A DNA stretch of 64,000 bases, taken from the NCBI GenBank assembly GCA_013265495.1, contig MU057651.1, positions 941,674-1,005,673 on the forward strand. The letters run 5' to 3'. This document shows positions 27,043-41,387 of the stretch, piece by piece (the first letter of the stretch is position 1; each line of letters begins with the position of its first letter). Source of the DNA: Vicugna vicugna (Eukaryota). The notes beneath the pieces were generated by a model. It was not told the DNA's origin and searched no databases. It worked only from the letters and a program-made list of their open reading frames with translations. The translations under genes were made by a program, and so were the position numbers.

Positions 27043-27645
27043 AGAACCTATCAGTGCCAGGTGTAGCTGAAGGACCTTCATAAGTGTTAGATGAATGAAG
27101 AAGAAAACAAGAGGGAAACGGCCTTTATCCCCGCCGCTCCCACCATACACATAAGCACAATGTGAATGCCTTTTAATTAATTGTCCAGGCATCCATGGAA
27201 ACAAGGCAAATGCCTTCATGTTATTCAGGTTAATAGCTTTCTCCTATGTGCCTTTTCTCTAGACCAACACCATTTGCCATTTATTGTGAACTTTGCTATG
27301 TACCAGATACTTTGGAGCTTTTAAAATAAATTATCTCTAAACCTCACAGCCATGTAAGGTAGATGGCATGCTCATTTTGAAGATGAGGATTCTGAAGTGC
27401 AAAGAGATTAAGTATCTTTCCCAAAGTCACAGAGCAAAAGACATGCCAGAGCGGAGATTTATACGTAATGTTTGCAGACCCCAGAGACCAGGCTTAATTC
27501 CTTTTGCTTGCATCACTGAGATACGGAACTGAAAAACACTACAGCATCCAATGCAGAGCTTCCTTTTGTAGACTTGTGCTGCTCTTTTCTTGTGTTTCTG
27601 GGACCTGGAGAGTTTAGCCCTTTGGACTATACAAGTCTGTTTTGT

Positions 27646-27670
27646 TGTGTGTGTGTGTGTGTGTGTGTGT
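27646..27670. repeat. (TG)n microsatellite
   Basis: About 12 units, directly visible. Confidence 0.9.
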
Positions 27671-28935
27671 CTCAAGGAAATACAAGGGGTCATCACCTCT
27701 TCTTTCAAGCCTTTTACCATCATCTACATATCCCACCTCCACCACCACCTCCAAAATGGCCTGCGGATATGCTGGGACTGTGCCACTAGGACAAGAGGGA
27801 ATCAGACTGGAAACATAAGCATCAAGCTCAGCCATCAAAAATAAAGTCAGATCTTGAGTAACAGTAGCAATGGCAAGAGAAGGGAGGGACTCCTTGGAGT
27901 CAAGGAGATCCGATGCCTGGGAGCTCTGGAGAGGTGTACATTTATCTCATAAATCCAGGGAGCTGATTTGTCTCCCGACTTACAAATGGCCTTTCTGACT
28001 AGCAAAGAACTGGCCCATTAAGAAATGAAAATTTTATGGTAGGGAGAGTGGAGAAGAGAGCCACCAGCTTGGGGACAGTGGGTTCTAGAGGGGTTGTGCC
28101 AGGAGGGGAGAGAATGGTGTACCAAAGGAAGTGGGATAGGACCACAGACTTTTTGGTTAATTTTGCCATTTGCTCTGAAGGGGGAAAAAGCCTGCGGCAA
28201 AGTTATTCACACTAAGATGTTACTGACAATGTGTATCCTCTCAGAGAAATTTTTGAATTATAAGATCTGATTGCCAAAAGGCAATCACTTATTTCAAAGG
28301 AATGGACTTCTAATGGCATTTTAAGCATCAGTGAGAGAAAAGGAGGTCAGAGATCCTTAGGATAAGGGAGTGTTTTCTGAGCACCTCAGAAATCATAGTT
28401 CTGCTTACATATAAGATCATCCCTTACTGGGGGAGAAGGAGCAGTGCCTTTTTGCAACACAACTGTAGTCAGATGGCTTAATGCTGGTCTTACCTGACAG
28501 TGTCTTTCCTCCACTGCTCAGAGTGCTGTGTGGGATTTGACTAGAAACGGGAGATGGCAGAGGCTAAAAATCATGCAGCCTGGCGACTTCTGTTGTAGCA
28601 TTCTCCTGAAGGGCCCTGAAGCCAGCCTTGCTTCAAACTGATTTCCTGCCAGCTTTTGGCCAGGAACACTGAATGTGGTCCAAGGATAGTTGGTTAGAAA
28701 CCCAACCACCTTGAAAAATCTGGGAAGGGAGAGGATAAGAGTCCAAGGTGGCTTTCCTTGCTTCTGTGGTTCCTTGCATGCTGTGTTGGCCCTTCAAAGA
28801 TGCAAGAGGAGATTTAAGTTCTGTATCCCATCCTTAGATAGAAAAGTCGAGGCCCAAAGAAGTAAAGTGACTTGTGCAATGTTATAGGAGGTGGGTACAC
28901 AAGCTAGGATTGTGACTCAGTGATCCTGCCCTCCA

Positions 28936-29618
28936 GTTTTTTAAAAAAAATTCTTTTCGTTAATAAAAATTGTAAATATTTAAGGTATACAACATGCTGA
29001 TTTGATATACATATACATATTGAAATGATTACTGCAGTTAAGCTAATTAACATCATCTCTTGATATATACCATTCATTTTGTGGTGAGGGCACCTGAAAT
29101 CTACTCTTTTAGCAAATTTCCAGTATACAATACAGTATTATTAACTGTAACCATCATGCTGCACATTAGCTCTCTAGACTTATTCATCTTACGTAACTGA
29201 AACTTTGTACCCTTTGACCTATATCTCCCCATTTCTCACATCTCCCTGCCCCTGGTAACCACCATTCTAGTCTCTGCTTCTACATATTTGACTTTTTTAG
29301 ATTTCATGTATAAGTGAGATTATGCATTTTTTTCTTTCTGTATCTGGCTTATTTCACTTAGCATAATGTCCTCAAGGTTCAACCATGTTGTTGCAAATGG
29401 CAGGATCCCTTTTTTAAGGCTGAATATTCCATTATATATGCATATACACACACCACAATTTCTTTATCCATCCAAGGATATAGAATATGGGATCAACACT
29501 TAGGTTGTCTCCATATCTTGGCTATTGTGACTAATGCTGCAGTAAACATGGGATGCAATAAACATGAGAACACAGATATCTCTTCCAAGGACTAATTTCA
29601 TTTCCTTTTTGTCCCCCA
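28936..29618 (-). mobile_element. L1MA-type 3' end
   Basis: aattgtaaatatttaaggtatacaacatgctgatttgatatac...gcacctgaaatctactcttttagcaaatttcc. Confidence 0.82.
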
Positions 29619-31102
29619 GTTTTAATACCCACTGTGTGAAAAGAGCCCAAACTTCAAGGCAGGAAAAGTGTATTTCCAAGTTGGCTCTTCTAGTAAATAG
29701 CTGTGTGATAAGGACCAAATCTTTTGAGGCATTAGTAGCCTCATATTCATAATTCTCCCCTGTCCTCAGCCCCATTAGGGATATTAGAAAAATGAAATAA
29801 GATTAAATGGGGAGATGTTAAGATAAATTTCTTGCGTAAAACTAACATTAAGCATGACCATCATTGGTTTCTTTTTCTTTGATTTTTTTGTCTTCCTCTT
29901 TTTTGCTTTCTCTCCAACTCCTGTTGAGTAGATTAATAGACTCCAATGCCAGGTTACTCTGAAGACTATTACAAGAAAGACTCTCAAGGTCAAGGTCCAC
30001 TGGAAAACTTCATTCTGCAGTTGCCTCACCTTGGTGGAAGACCCAATTCAAAACTCAATCCAAGTTCTTTTGAGGCAAAAAGAAAAACTCAAAAAAAACC
30101 AAAACCCAAACTTTCTCTTCTTTCAGTATTCCAAAGATTTGCCAGCTCTTGTAAGAGTCATGGCAAATATTATTTTGTAGGTCATCCGAGTTTTCCTTCA
30201 CCACAAAATACTGCAATTTGGTATAATTAGTGCCCAGGGGCAAATGGCCCTGCTCTTGTACTTTGTCCATTGGGTTTCACGCATGTGTACCAGCTGCAGC
30301 TGTCTGTTGTGTGTACTTGTGGGCAGCAGCAGGGACTCAGCCCAGGCCAGAGGGCCAATTAGTATGAGTTAAATGCTTTCTAGGAGCTAAGGCTTTTCTT
30401 TTTAAGGCAAAATTAAGGAACTTCCTTGGTACTCTGTAAGGGGTCATTAATAACTACTTAACACCCAAAGAGTGATTTACTCAGAAATTGAAGCTAGATC
30501 AATTTATGTAGCAAAGTATAGAATTGAATCAGTTACCCAAATCACGAAGCCATAGAAAGTGCGATGTCAATTTTCTAGGTATTTGAGGCCATTCTGCAGG
30601 GACCACACCCCCTTCATGTTCTGTTGGTTTTGGTTTTAAGTTAAATGGTCCTTTACTTGTGACAGGTTTGAAGTGATTGGCACCCTAGGAGGGAATATTC
30701 TTGAATCAGTCAAACATCAGTTCAGCTCCTAGTGCTACAATTAATAAGTTGTGTGACCCTGGGCCTTAGTTTCCTAATTTCTTGAGCCTTAGTTTCCTCA
30801 TCAGCAAAATGGACAGAACCTTAATATCTACATCAGAATGTTACTAGTAAGGACCAATGAGAAAATGTATTGAAAAGCACTCACCATTTTGCCTAGCATA
30901 TTATTTAGGGCACAGTAATGTTAACTATTGTTTGATGATGATGGATATTATTATTGGCCTTTATCATGTTTACCTATATCCTGAGAACAATATCATTCTG
31001 TTTTTTTTAAAGTTTTAATGAGGTATAATTTACCCACCATAACGTGGACTCATTTTCATTATGGCTTTGAGTGGTGGGAAATAAAAAATGGTCTAACTCT
31101 TT

Positions 31103-31981
31103 TTAAAAAAATTTATTGAAGTATAGTTGATTTATGATATGTTATTTTCAGGTGTACAGCAAAGTGATTCAGATATAAATATATATATACACACACACAC
31201 ATTTCAGATTATTTTCCATTATAGGTTATTCCAAGATATTGAACAGAGTTTCCTATGCTATACACTAAATCCTTGTTGCTTATCTATTTTATGTATAGTA
31301 GTTTGTATCTGTTAGTCCTATACTCCTAATTTATCCCTCACCTATCTCCCTTTCCCCTTTGGTAACCATAAGTTTGTTTTACATGCCTGTTAGTCTGTTC
31401 CTGCTTTGTATAGAGATTCATTTGTATTATTTTTTAGATTCCACATATAAGTGGCATCATATAATATTTGTTTTTCTCTGCCTGACTTACTTCACTTGGT
31501 GTGATAATCTCTAGGTCCATCCATATTGCTGCAAATGGCACTATTTCATTCTTTTTTATAGCTGAGTAATATTCCATTATATATGTATATCACACCTTCT
31601 TTATCCATCCATCTGTTGATGGACATTTAGGTTGCGTCCATATCTTGGCTATTGTAAATAATGCTGCTATGAACATTGGGGTGCATGTATCTTTGCAAAT
31701 TAGAGTTTTTGTCTTCTCTGGATATAAGCCCAGGAGTGGGATTGCTGGATCATATGGAAACTTTATTTTTAGTTTTTTAAGAAACCTCCATCACAGTGAA
31801 AAAAAGGTGACAATGTATATATGTGTGTTCATGTATAACTGAAAAATTGTGCTCTACACTGGAATTTGACACAATGTTGCAAAATGACTATAACTCAATG
31901 AAAAATGTTAGGAAAAAAAGGAAACCTCCATACTGTTTTCCATAGTGGCTGCACCCATTACATTCCCACCCACAGTGTAGG
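31103..31981 (-). mobile_element. 5'-truncated L1 3' end with TSD; hosts a nested short L1
   Basis: Perfect 15-bp TSD atggtctaactcttt at 31088-31102 and 31982-31996. Confidence 0.9.
31792..31920 (+). mobile_element. Young 129-bp L1 3' tail inserted in opposite orientation into the previous L1
   Basis: TSD gaaacctccat at 31781-31791 and 31921-31931. The body is the reverse complement of the 3' end of the young L1 at about 45400-45520, with an A-rich end. Confidence 0.88.
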
Positions 31982-32991
31982 ATGGTCTAACTCTTTAAGC
32001 CTCTCCCTAGTGAAATGTACAACTCCCCTCTTTTCTCTTCTTCCACTGCCTCAAACAGGTACTTCACAACCTCTGCTTGTATCTATTGTTAATTTGTACA
32101 TTGATGATTAGTTTAACCTGGGCACTTATTCATTGCTATTTGGGAGGGGTGTGTGTGTGTATGTACACAGTATGCACTTTAAGGAAGCCTAGTCAAAAGA
32201 CTTCTTGAGACCATTCACTTAGAGTGAACTCTGAGTTGTCTCTTGGTTCTGTTACATGGCAACCCTCCACCAGACTCCATGGAGAAAGAGACATGTAAGG
32301 CAGAGTCCCAGTCTTCAAAAGCAATACATACAAATGTATACATGGGTTGGTAGAAAGAAGATGGAATTTAGAGGTAGAGGACCAGATTTCAGTTCCCTTT
32401 TTCATCACTCACTACCTTCGTGACTCCAGCTAAGTCATTCAACCTCAGAGACTTGTCACCCTCAAATGAAAAATGAAGATAAGAATCTGCCTTGCTTGCT
32501 TCACAGTGTTGTTATGAGGCTTTATTGTAACAATTTATGTGAAAGCTCTTTGTAAATTGTTGGCTGAGTGTCTATAATTTACAAATATGAGTTACAATAA
32601 TATTCAAGTGCCAAATTTGTACTTCAGGCATAAGACACTTTGAGAGGTGCAGATCATGGGCTGGAGCTATGAGGGACTGCTTCATGGAGGATAGGGGACT
32701 TTTGCTGAGCCTTCAAAGTCAGACAGAACTTCAATAGGTGGAAAAGAGTGGGAGGGAGGGAGCAGTCTTGGTAGAAGGATTAAAAATAAGCAAAAACTTC
32801 AGAGGCTGGAACAAGGATACAAGCAAGTGATATGAAACATTGGAGGGAGTACAGTTACCAAGGTAGTCATAATAGGTGGTTTCTCATCTGAAAAAACTCC
32901 TTTCTTCCAGGCAAGGTAATACCTTATTCATCTAAGGCTATTAGCTCCATCAAGGGAGGGGTCTTGTCCTTCTTCACTGATCTCTCTCTAG

Positions 32992-33453
<462 letters not shown>

Positions 33454-34781
33454 TAGTTTGAGCCTACACTGTAGGGTGCTTGATTGAAAGATGAATTGCA
33501 TCTAAATCACAAGCCTCCCTACCAATCCAGACTCCGTGATCTTCATCAACCCTGAGCTACTCTGTTGAAGAGGTCAGACCTAGTTATATCCTTGTCTTAA
33601 AACTTTAGGACTGCTTAAAAGGACAAAGATGAGCTAATGGCCTTGATCTACCTGTATGCCTTTTTACAATAACGACACCACCGAAGCCTTCACCTGAACA
33701 ACTCAATTATTTGAAGTGTTGGAAATGCTATGGTTAGAAAGGTCACTGGCGTGATCTAGGGACACTCAGTCTAATTCACAAGAAAATAGGTTGTCTCTTG
33801 GTTCCCATCCCTTAAATATTCTACTAACCAGTTCATTCCTGGTTCCCTGCAGTGAGAAAACTCTCAACGAATACTTGATGATGAAATTGCTTGTTAAGAG
33901 AATTGTATACTTCAGGAAGAAGACATACTGATTATATTATCATCTAATTGTGCAGTCCAGAGAATGTAATAGATATAATCAGAAAATGGAGTCAAAGGGC
34001 TGTTTAAGCTGAAGTATGAGAGAATGAAGTTAGGTGTAGAAACAACTTTTCTGCCTATAAAGGGTATTAAACACTGGACTGACAAGGGAAGTTAAAGAAT
34101 CTCCTTGCTTAGGGATTTTTAGTAAAAATAGAAGATCTTAGTAGTGTGGGCGATTCTGTTGTAGCCATGCTTTCCTAATGACTTTTCAGGAACCCATCTA
34201 GCCCCAGAACAATATGCTCCTATAAACTAAGTGCAAGGCTTAAGGAATAATGTTTGGAACATAGAATTTTAGGGAATGAACATTATTCAAGGACAAACAT
34301 AACTAGCAAGTAAATCTGATCCTCTCCCTTGGCTTGTGCTGGACTGAACTACCCATTCAGATGACCTTGCATAGTTTTGTATCAACCCAAAGAGTTTGTC
34401 TACTTTGTTGGAAGGGAGACTCTAGTAAGTGTTATGAAAGGAAGCTATCATGTGAATCTGCATTCCCCCCAAACCCCAACATCCAGCTGAGGCATAATGA
34501 GGGCCAAGGGATAGAATGGACAGAGAAGAGAGGGGCAAGACTATATTTGGTTGTTTGGCAGCTCAGAGCAGCCGTCTCACTGACAACTTTGTTCCATCTT
34601 ATACCAGGATGCCTGAAGAGGATTGCCAACTCTTCTGTGACTTAGTCTGTGGCCTGAAGAAATAGTAAATAAAAAAACAATGCATCATAAAATTTAGGAA
34701 GTACCTAGAACCGACTATGGAACAGCAGTGGGGAGGGGAGGAATGTGTCGTGTTTGAGCCCCTACTCATCCCAGGTACTGA

Positions 34782-34979
<198 letters not shown>

Positions 34980-35639
34980 TAGCAAGATTTAGAAGAGGAA
35001 ATTAACCTGTCCAGTGGCCTAGGGAAAGAGAATTTTCTGTGGTAGCCTTAGTTTTTAAAGATGCTTTCATTCACAAAAGTTAGAACAAATAAAAGCACTG
35101 CTTTTAAGGGTCACTGCCTAAAAGAAACTGCGCTGGAGCACAGCAGGGGAAGGAGGGTGACAGTCATCTAATGTGAAAGTAAGTATCTGTAGCTCTCCTT
35201 CCTTAATCCCTTCTAGCTTGGCCCCTACATGACTGGATTGTAAAACACAGGGCATTTCCACACACAGCCTTAAAAGAAAGAATGGGCCTCGCAAAGCATT
35301 AATGTGACCATTTTGAATACTGTGTAGGGTAAATACAGGAGTATTTTTAAAATCCCGCTGTAAAATGGTGACAAACTCAATGAAAGCAAAGTGGAAGACA
35401 GCATCTTCTCGAGTTATATCCAGAAGGGAATCATCATCTTCTCAAGCCAGTTTTTTTCTTCTTTGGGTTCCATTTCTTTGATAATGGCACCAATTTTTTT
35501 CTCTAGGTTCCCTAGATCAAACATAATCACCATTAATTTCTCCTTTATTCCCTTTTTCTCAAATTACCAAATCTATCAGCAGTCCTTTATGTCCCCTCTT
35601 TCCCACTTGCCCCCTGGCTGTATCCTAATTTTGTGCTTT

Positions 35640-36500
35640 CCTTCTATCCAATCAGCATGCTTATTGATTGTTTACTATATGCTTGGCACTGTGCTCAAGG
35701 CTGGATACATATTAGTAAATACAGTTGACATACAGGGCACTACTAGCCTCTATGGCATCTTTATGTGAATTACAAAAAGGGTTCTCTTACTTAAGATACT
35801 TGACTGCCATTCACCAGAAAATCTTTGTGAATGTACCTCTGTAGCTGTGGCGCCCTTGTGCAGTACACAACCTGTACAGCCATATGTGGCATACATAGCA
35901 GCCAAGATATCTTCTTTGCTCTTATGGAACTCACGTTTTACCAGAGAAGACGTAATAAACAAAGAAATATCTAAATATAAATAATGTAAGTACTATGAAG
36001 AAAATAAACAAAGGACTGAGAAAATAAGAGGTGAAGGCATTTAGGTTGAGCATTTGGAAAGGCCTCTCTGAGATGACACGTACTCTCAGACTAAAAGGAT
36101 GAAAAGGAATTATCCATGCAAAGGTCCTGGCGGAAGAACATCCCAAACAGAAAGAAAATTCAAAAGACCAGGCAGGGAAGAGCTTAGAGCATTCAAGGAG
36201 CCTAGGGACCCATGTGGCAGGAATATAACTGGCATGTAATGAGACTGGAGAGGTGAACAGGAGTCAGACCACATTGGATCTTCAAAGCCATGGGAAGGAG
36301 TTTGAATTTCCTTTTTTAGGTACATTGGGAAGCCATCAGAAGGTTGTACACGGGCATGACATGATCCAGTTGATGTCTTAAAAGATCTCACTGGTTCTTG
36401 TGTCCAGACTAGATTGAAGGGAGGAAATAAGACAAATGGGGAGACCAGGAAGATGAGTATAGCAGTCTTTCTAGGATAAGAAGGTAGGTTTCTGGTCTGG
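35640..36500 (-). mobile_element. L2 remnant, interrupted by a small MER91-like piece at about 35830-35900; other L2 pieces at about 7100-7610, 32590-33050, 39410-39660, 54500-55330, 55880-56770 and 63340-64000
   Basis: L2 3' motifs (tttattgattgtttactatatgcttggcactgtgct; ggaaaggcctctctgag; gggaagccatcagaagg). Confidence 0.7.
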
Positions 36501-36761
36501 GGACACAGTGCAGAGTAGTGGTTCAGATTGGGTTCCCTGGAGCCAGGCTGCCTCAGTTCTAATCCCATCCCTGCTGCTTCCTAGCTGGGTGATAATGAGC
36601 AATGTACTCAAGCTTTCTAGCAATCTTTACCATGAGGATAATGTTAGCACCTACTTCCAAATGGTTGTGAGGTTTAAATGAGATAATACAGGAAAAGGAC
36701 CTAGGACACTGTCTCCCATAGAGTGAGGACTCAATAACGAAAAATGGACAAATTTGAAATT

Positions 36762-37110
36762 CAGTAGGCCCTCCAGATCTGCAAGTGGTGCATCCGCAGA
36801 GTCAACCAACCGTGGTTTGAACGTATTGGAGAAAAAATAAATCCAGAAATTTCCAAAAAGCAAAACTTGAATTTGCCTTGCCCTGGCAACTATTTACATG
36901 GCATTTACATTGTATTTCCAACTATTTACATAGCATTAACATTCTATTTGGTATTAAAAGTAATCTAGAGATGATTTAAAGTATATAGGAGGATGTACGT
37001 AGGCTATATGCAAAGACTGAACAATTTTATATAAGGGACTTGAGCATCCTCGAATTTTGGTATTTGGGAGGGTCATAGAACCAATCCCCACAGATACCGA
37101 GGGTCAGCTG
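36762..37110 (-). mobile_element. MER2/MER2B-like Tigger (Tc1/mariner) non-autonomous DNA transposon
   Basis: Inverted termini cagtaggccctc ... gagggtcagctg followed by TA; internal tatataagggacttgagcatc and taatctagagatgatttaaagtat motifs. Confidence 0.85.
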
Positions 37111-37164
37111 TATATTTAGAGCATTGTTTCTTGGTTATGGCTGCATATTGAAATTACTTTGGTA

Positions 37165-37402
37165 AATTTAGGTTATTTCCATGTCTTGGCTGTTGTAAAT
37201 AAGTGCTGCTATGAATACTGAGGTGCATGTATCTTTTCAAATTAGAGTTTTCTCCAGATATACGCCCAGGAGTGAGATTGCTGGGTCATATGGTAACTCT
37301 ATTTTTAGTTTTTTACAGAGCCTCCATACTGTTTTACATAATGGCCCCATCAATTTGCATTCCCACCAACAGTGTAGGAGGGTTCCCTTTTCTTTACACC
37401 CA
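37165..37402 (-). mobile_element. Internal L1 fragment (ORF2 end/3'UTR start)
   Basis: atttaggttatttccatgtcttggctgttgtaaat...cccaccaacagtgtaggagggttccctttt. No tail or TSD seen. Confidence 0.8.
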
Positions 37403-39890
37403 AGAGAGTCCACTCTTAGCAGAGGTGTACATTTGGTTACTAGTATAACCAGCTAGTCACTGTATTCCTGTTGTTTGGCTGAGGTGATTTTGTTTGGGGA
37501 AAAATTCTGTGACATCTAATGTGAAGAACAATTAATGAAAGAAAGGAAACTGCAAAAAGACATATTATTGCATCCACGCAGAAATATAGTGCAAAGGACA
37601 TAGGCTCTGAAGCCAGAAGGACACAGATTTGACCTGGCATAGATATTGCTGACCAGTGATGTTACCTTGGGAAAGCTACTTAACCACTCAGGACCTTTGT
37701 TCTCTCAGCTGTGAAAATGGCAATTATGATATCTACAACCCACTGAAAAGTTGTAAAATTTAACTGAGCTGAAGTAGAATGCCAGGAGAAAGTCTAATAC
37801 AAAGTTACCGCTTACCATATATAATGTAACTTAATATATTTTACATACTTTTACTATATTTATTACCCTGGGGTTAAATAGAATTGCATCTTCGCTATTG
37901 CTGATAGCCTTGCCTTTTGATTTACTTTATCTCCATATAAAGAACTATATTTCTAGTCCTTCTTGGGGCAACAGTTCCTGAGGCTAACCATCTTCTCAGC
38001 GGTTCTCTTGTCACAATTTGAATTTCTTCTCTTTTTGTTATGTCCTCAGAAGCAACAGATTAAAAGCTGGTTATTACTGATGATGTATGTCCCTTCACAT
38101 ACTTGACAATTCATTAAGTTCTTTCTTTGCCATCTCTTCTCCAGTCTAAATAAACTATTCTCTTTCATCTTTCCCTCTAAAGACTAAATCCTACACTTCA
38201 TAAAACTGATGCTTTTTTTCTCTGCCTTTAATTTCCTTACATCTTTCATTTGTATATAATATGATTGAATTTCCTCTGAAGTTCTAATTTTTGAAGCACC
38301 TAGTTTTTTTGTTGTTGTTGAAATGATGTTTTTACAAAGGTATACCTTGTATAAGCGTATTACTCACAGAGCAGGGAACCCAGATGCGCTTCTCCACTAC
38401 ACTGGCCACCCTAATTGCAGGCAAAATACTGCTGAAGAAATAAACTTTTGAGCACTGAACTTGCCTACCTTGGTACAAAGGGCCCCATTGAAACAGGTTC
38501 TCTGCACTGTCTCCAAACACTAACGTGTGCCTTTCCCTCTGGATCAGGTGGCAATCTTAGCCATGGATTAATCTCAGCCCCATCCTCAGTTGTTTAGATG
38601 TGTCTTTGAGGCTAGGACAGTCAGGAGAGTGTGGGCAGGGTGCGTGTCCTTGCTGGCACTTCAGCAAACCTCATCTGGACTGGAAGTGTGGTGCAAACAG
38701 CCACTGGAGCCCTAAGGTAAACTCTTAACAGAAGAAAAAAAATCTCTGCAGAGATTGTGCCACAGCCACATTCTGGGTGGGCAGGCCTCAGACCCAAACC
38801 CACTCTCAGCTTCCCCCCACCATTTATCATTTCTGCTTCCTGTCTCCTACCTATCTTGCCAAAGCAAAGGGGAAGGCTATGTACTTGGACTCTAGCCAAG
38901 GGAGACATATTTGGGGTAAGCTATCAGCTGTGTTGAGAGCCAAGACTGCATTTGGTAGATGGTGTACATATGTAGCACTTACTCTGTACCAAGCGATGAT
39001 CTAAGCACTTATGTGTGTAATGGCTCATTTAACAACAGAGTAGGAACTATTATTATCCCTATTTTATAGGTGAGAAAACTGAGGCAGAGAAGTTAAGTGA
39101 TTTGCCCAAGGCTGCATGTTAGTAAGTGGCAGAGCTAGAATTTAACATTGTTGTCCTGGCTCTAGAGTCCCAAGCTCTTATGCTGTCTGGTGGGAGCCAT
39201 CTGTAGCAGTGTGACAAGGGCCTCTCTTAGTGCAGGGGAGTAGAGGGGAAGAGAGTACATGCAATGCACATTGGCATAGGCAGATAATCCCAAGAGAGTA
39301 ACCATACTGCCCATCTTTCCCCATCAAGATTGCAGCCTACCCATTCCCAACCACAGGGGAACACCTCTCTTTCTGGGCTTAGAGAGGCCCGAGTGTAAAC
39401 AGCTACCTTCTTTCATTCAGCAAACATTTGTCATGCAACCACTAAGTACCCAGCACTGTGCTGGTACTGGAGATACACTGGTGAACAAAACAGACATGGA
39501 ACAACCCCTCGTGGAGTTTAATGGGGAAGACGAACATTTATCAAATATTGACACAAGGAAATATAAAATCGGAACTGTGCCACATGCTACAAAGGAAAGC
39601 TGTTACAAAAGCCAGTAACTGATGGGGATCGACCTAGTCAGGGAGGTGAAGGAAGACTTTTAAGACTGTCTCTCCAGCTTCAGCTCACACCACATTTCTT
39701 TTTCCTCTCTGCACCCCAGAATCTGGGAGGATTGACTCCAAATTTAGGGGGCTAACTAATGGCAATCCTGTCCTCCCAAGATCCCTGACTTCTGACCCAC
39801 CATGAAACCAGCCACCCTATGTTGTAGGAGTGTCTGTACTGTCTTTCCTGCGTTGTACCTGCTGCATGATACTCAAGTTCAGACTTCTTA

Positions 39891-40434
39891 GTATAGTCAG
39901 TTTACAATGCTGTGTCAATTTCTGGTGTACAACACGATACTTCAGTCATATAGGAACATACATATATTCGTTTTCATATTCTTTTTAGCCATAAGTTACT
40001 ATAACATATTGAATATGGTTCCCTGTGCTATACAGTACAAAATTGTTGTTTATCTATTTTATGTATATTAGTTAGTATCTGCAAATCTCAAACTACCAAT
40101 TTATCCCTTCCCACCCCCTTCCACCCCTGGTAACCATAAATTTGTTTTCTGTGTCTCTGTCTGTTTCTCTTTTGTAAATAAGTTTGTTTATCTTTTTTTT
40201 AGGTTCCACATATAAGTGATATATGGTATTTTTCTTTCTCTTTCTGGCTTACTTCACTTAGAATGACAACCTCCAGGTCCATCCATGTTGCTGCAAATGG
40301 CATTATTTTATTCTTTTTATGGCTGAATAGTATTCCATTGTGTAAATATACCACAACTTCTTTATCCGCTCATCTGTTGGTGGACATTTAGGTTGTTTCC
40401 ATGTCTTGGCTGTCATAAACAGTGCCACTATGCT
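39891..40434 (-). mobile_element. 5'-truncated L1 3'UTR insertion lacking a poly(A) tail
   Basis: TSD agttcagacttctta at 39876-39890 and 40435-40449. The body is typical L1 3'UTR in reverse complement. Confidence 0.88.
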
Positions 40435-40521
40435 AGTTCAGACTTCTTAAAGTACTACCTGATCATGTTGGCCAAGGTCTTCCATTTCTTATCATATTAC
40501 CCAATCTCAGCCCTGCAGCTT

Positions 40522-40725
40522 GTTTTTTTTTTAATTTTTTATTGAAATATGTTCCGTTTACAATGTTGTGTTAGTTTCTGTTGTACAGCATGGTGATTCA
40601 GTTATACATATATATTTCTTTTCATATTCTTTTCTTTATAGATTATTACAAGGTATTGAATATAGCTCCCTGTACTATACAGTAGGACCTTGTTGTTTAT
40701 CTGTTGTATATATAATGGTTAGTAG
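40522..40725 (-). mobile_element. Short L1 3' end
   Basis: Poly-T followed by ttattgaaatat...tttacaatgttgtgttagtttctgttgtacagcatggtgattcag. Confidence 0.8.
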
Positions 40726-41334
40726 TTGCACAAAAGGCCCTCTGTCAAACAATCTGACCCTTTCTCAGCCTGCTACCTATCCTTGTTTCTCTGACACCAA
40801 CACGCACACCTATAGTCTAGCATTTCTGTCTTATAATATGCCATGTTCCTCCCCACCTTCACCCCTGTGATGTGCCTCTCTTTTTTACATACAATATCAT
40901 ATTTGTTTCCAGTGTACAACATAGTGATCAACATTTTGTACATTATGAATAGATCACCACAATAAGTCTAGTAACCATCTGTCACCATACAAAGTTATCA
41001 CAATATTATTGGCTATATTCCCTATGTTGTATATAACATCTCAGTGACTTATTTATTTTATAAATGGAAGTTTGTATCCCTTAATCCCCTTCGCCCATTT
41101 CACCCATACCCCACCTCCTTCCATTGTGGTGACCACTAGTTTATTCTCTGTATCTGTGGGTCAATTTCTGTTTTGTTTGGTTTGGTTGTTTTCTGCTTCA
41201 GTTCCACATTAAAGAGATCATATGGCATTTATCTTTGTTTGGCTTCTTTCACTTAGCATAATGCCCTCAAAGTCCATCCATGTTGTTACAAATTGCAAGA
41301 TTTCATTCTTCTTTATGGCTGAATAATATTCCAT

Positions 41335-41336
<2 letters not shown>

Positions 41337-41377
<41 letters not shown>
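41337..41377. repeat. (TG)n microsatellite within the L1 3'UTR
   Basis: About 20 TG units, directly visible. Confidence 0.95.
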
Positions 41378-41387
<10 letters not shown>

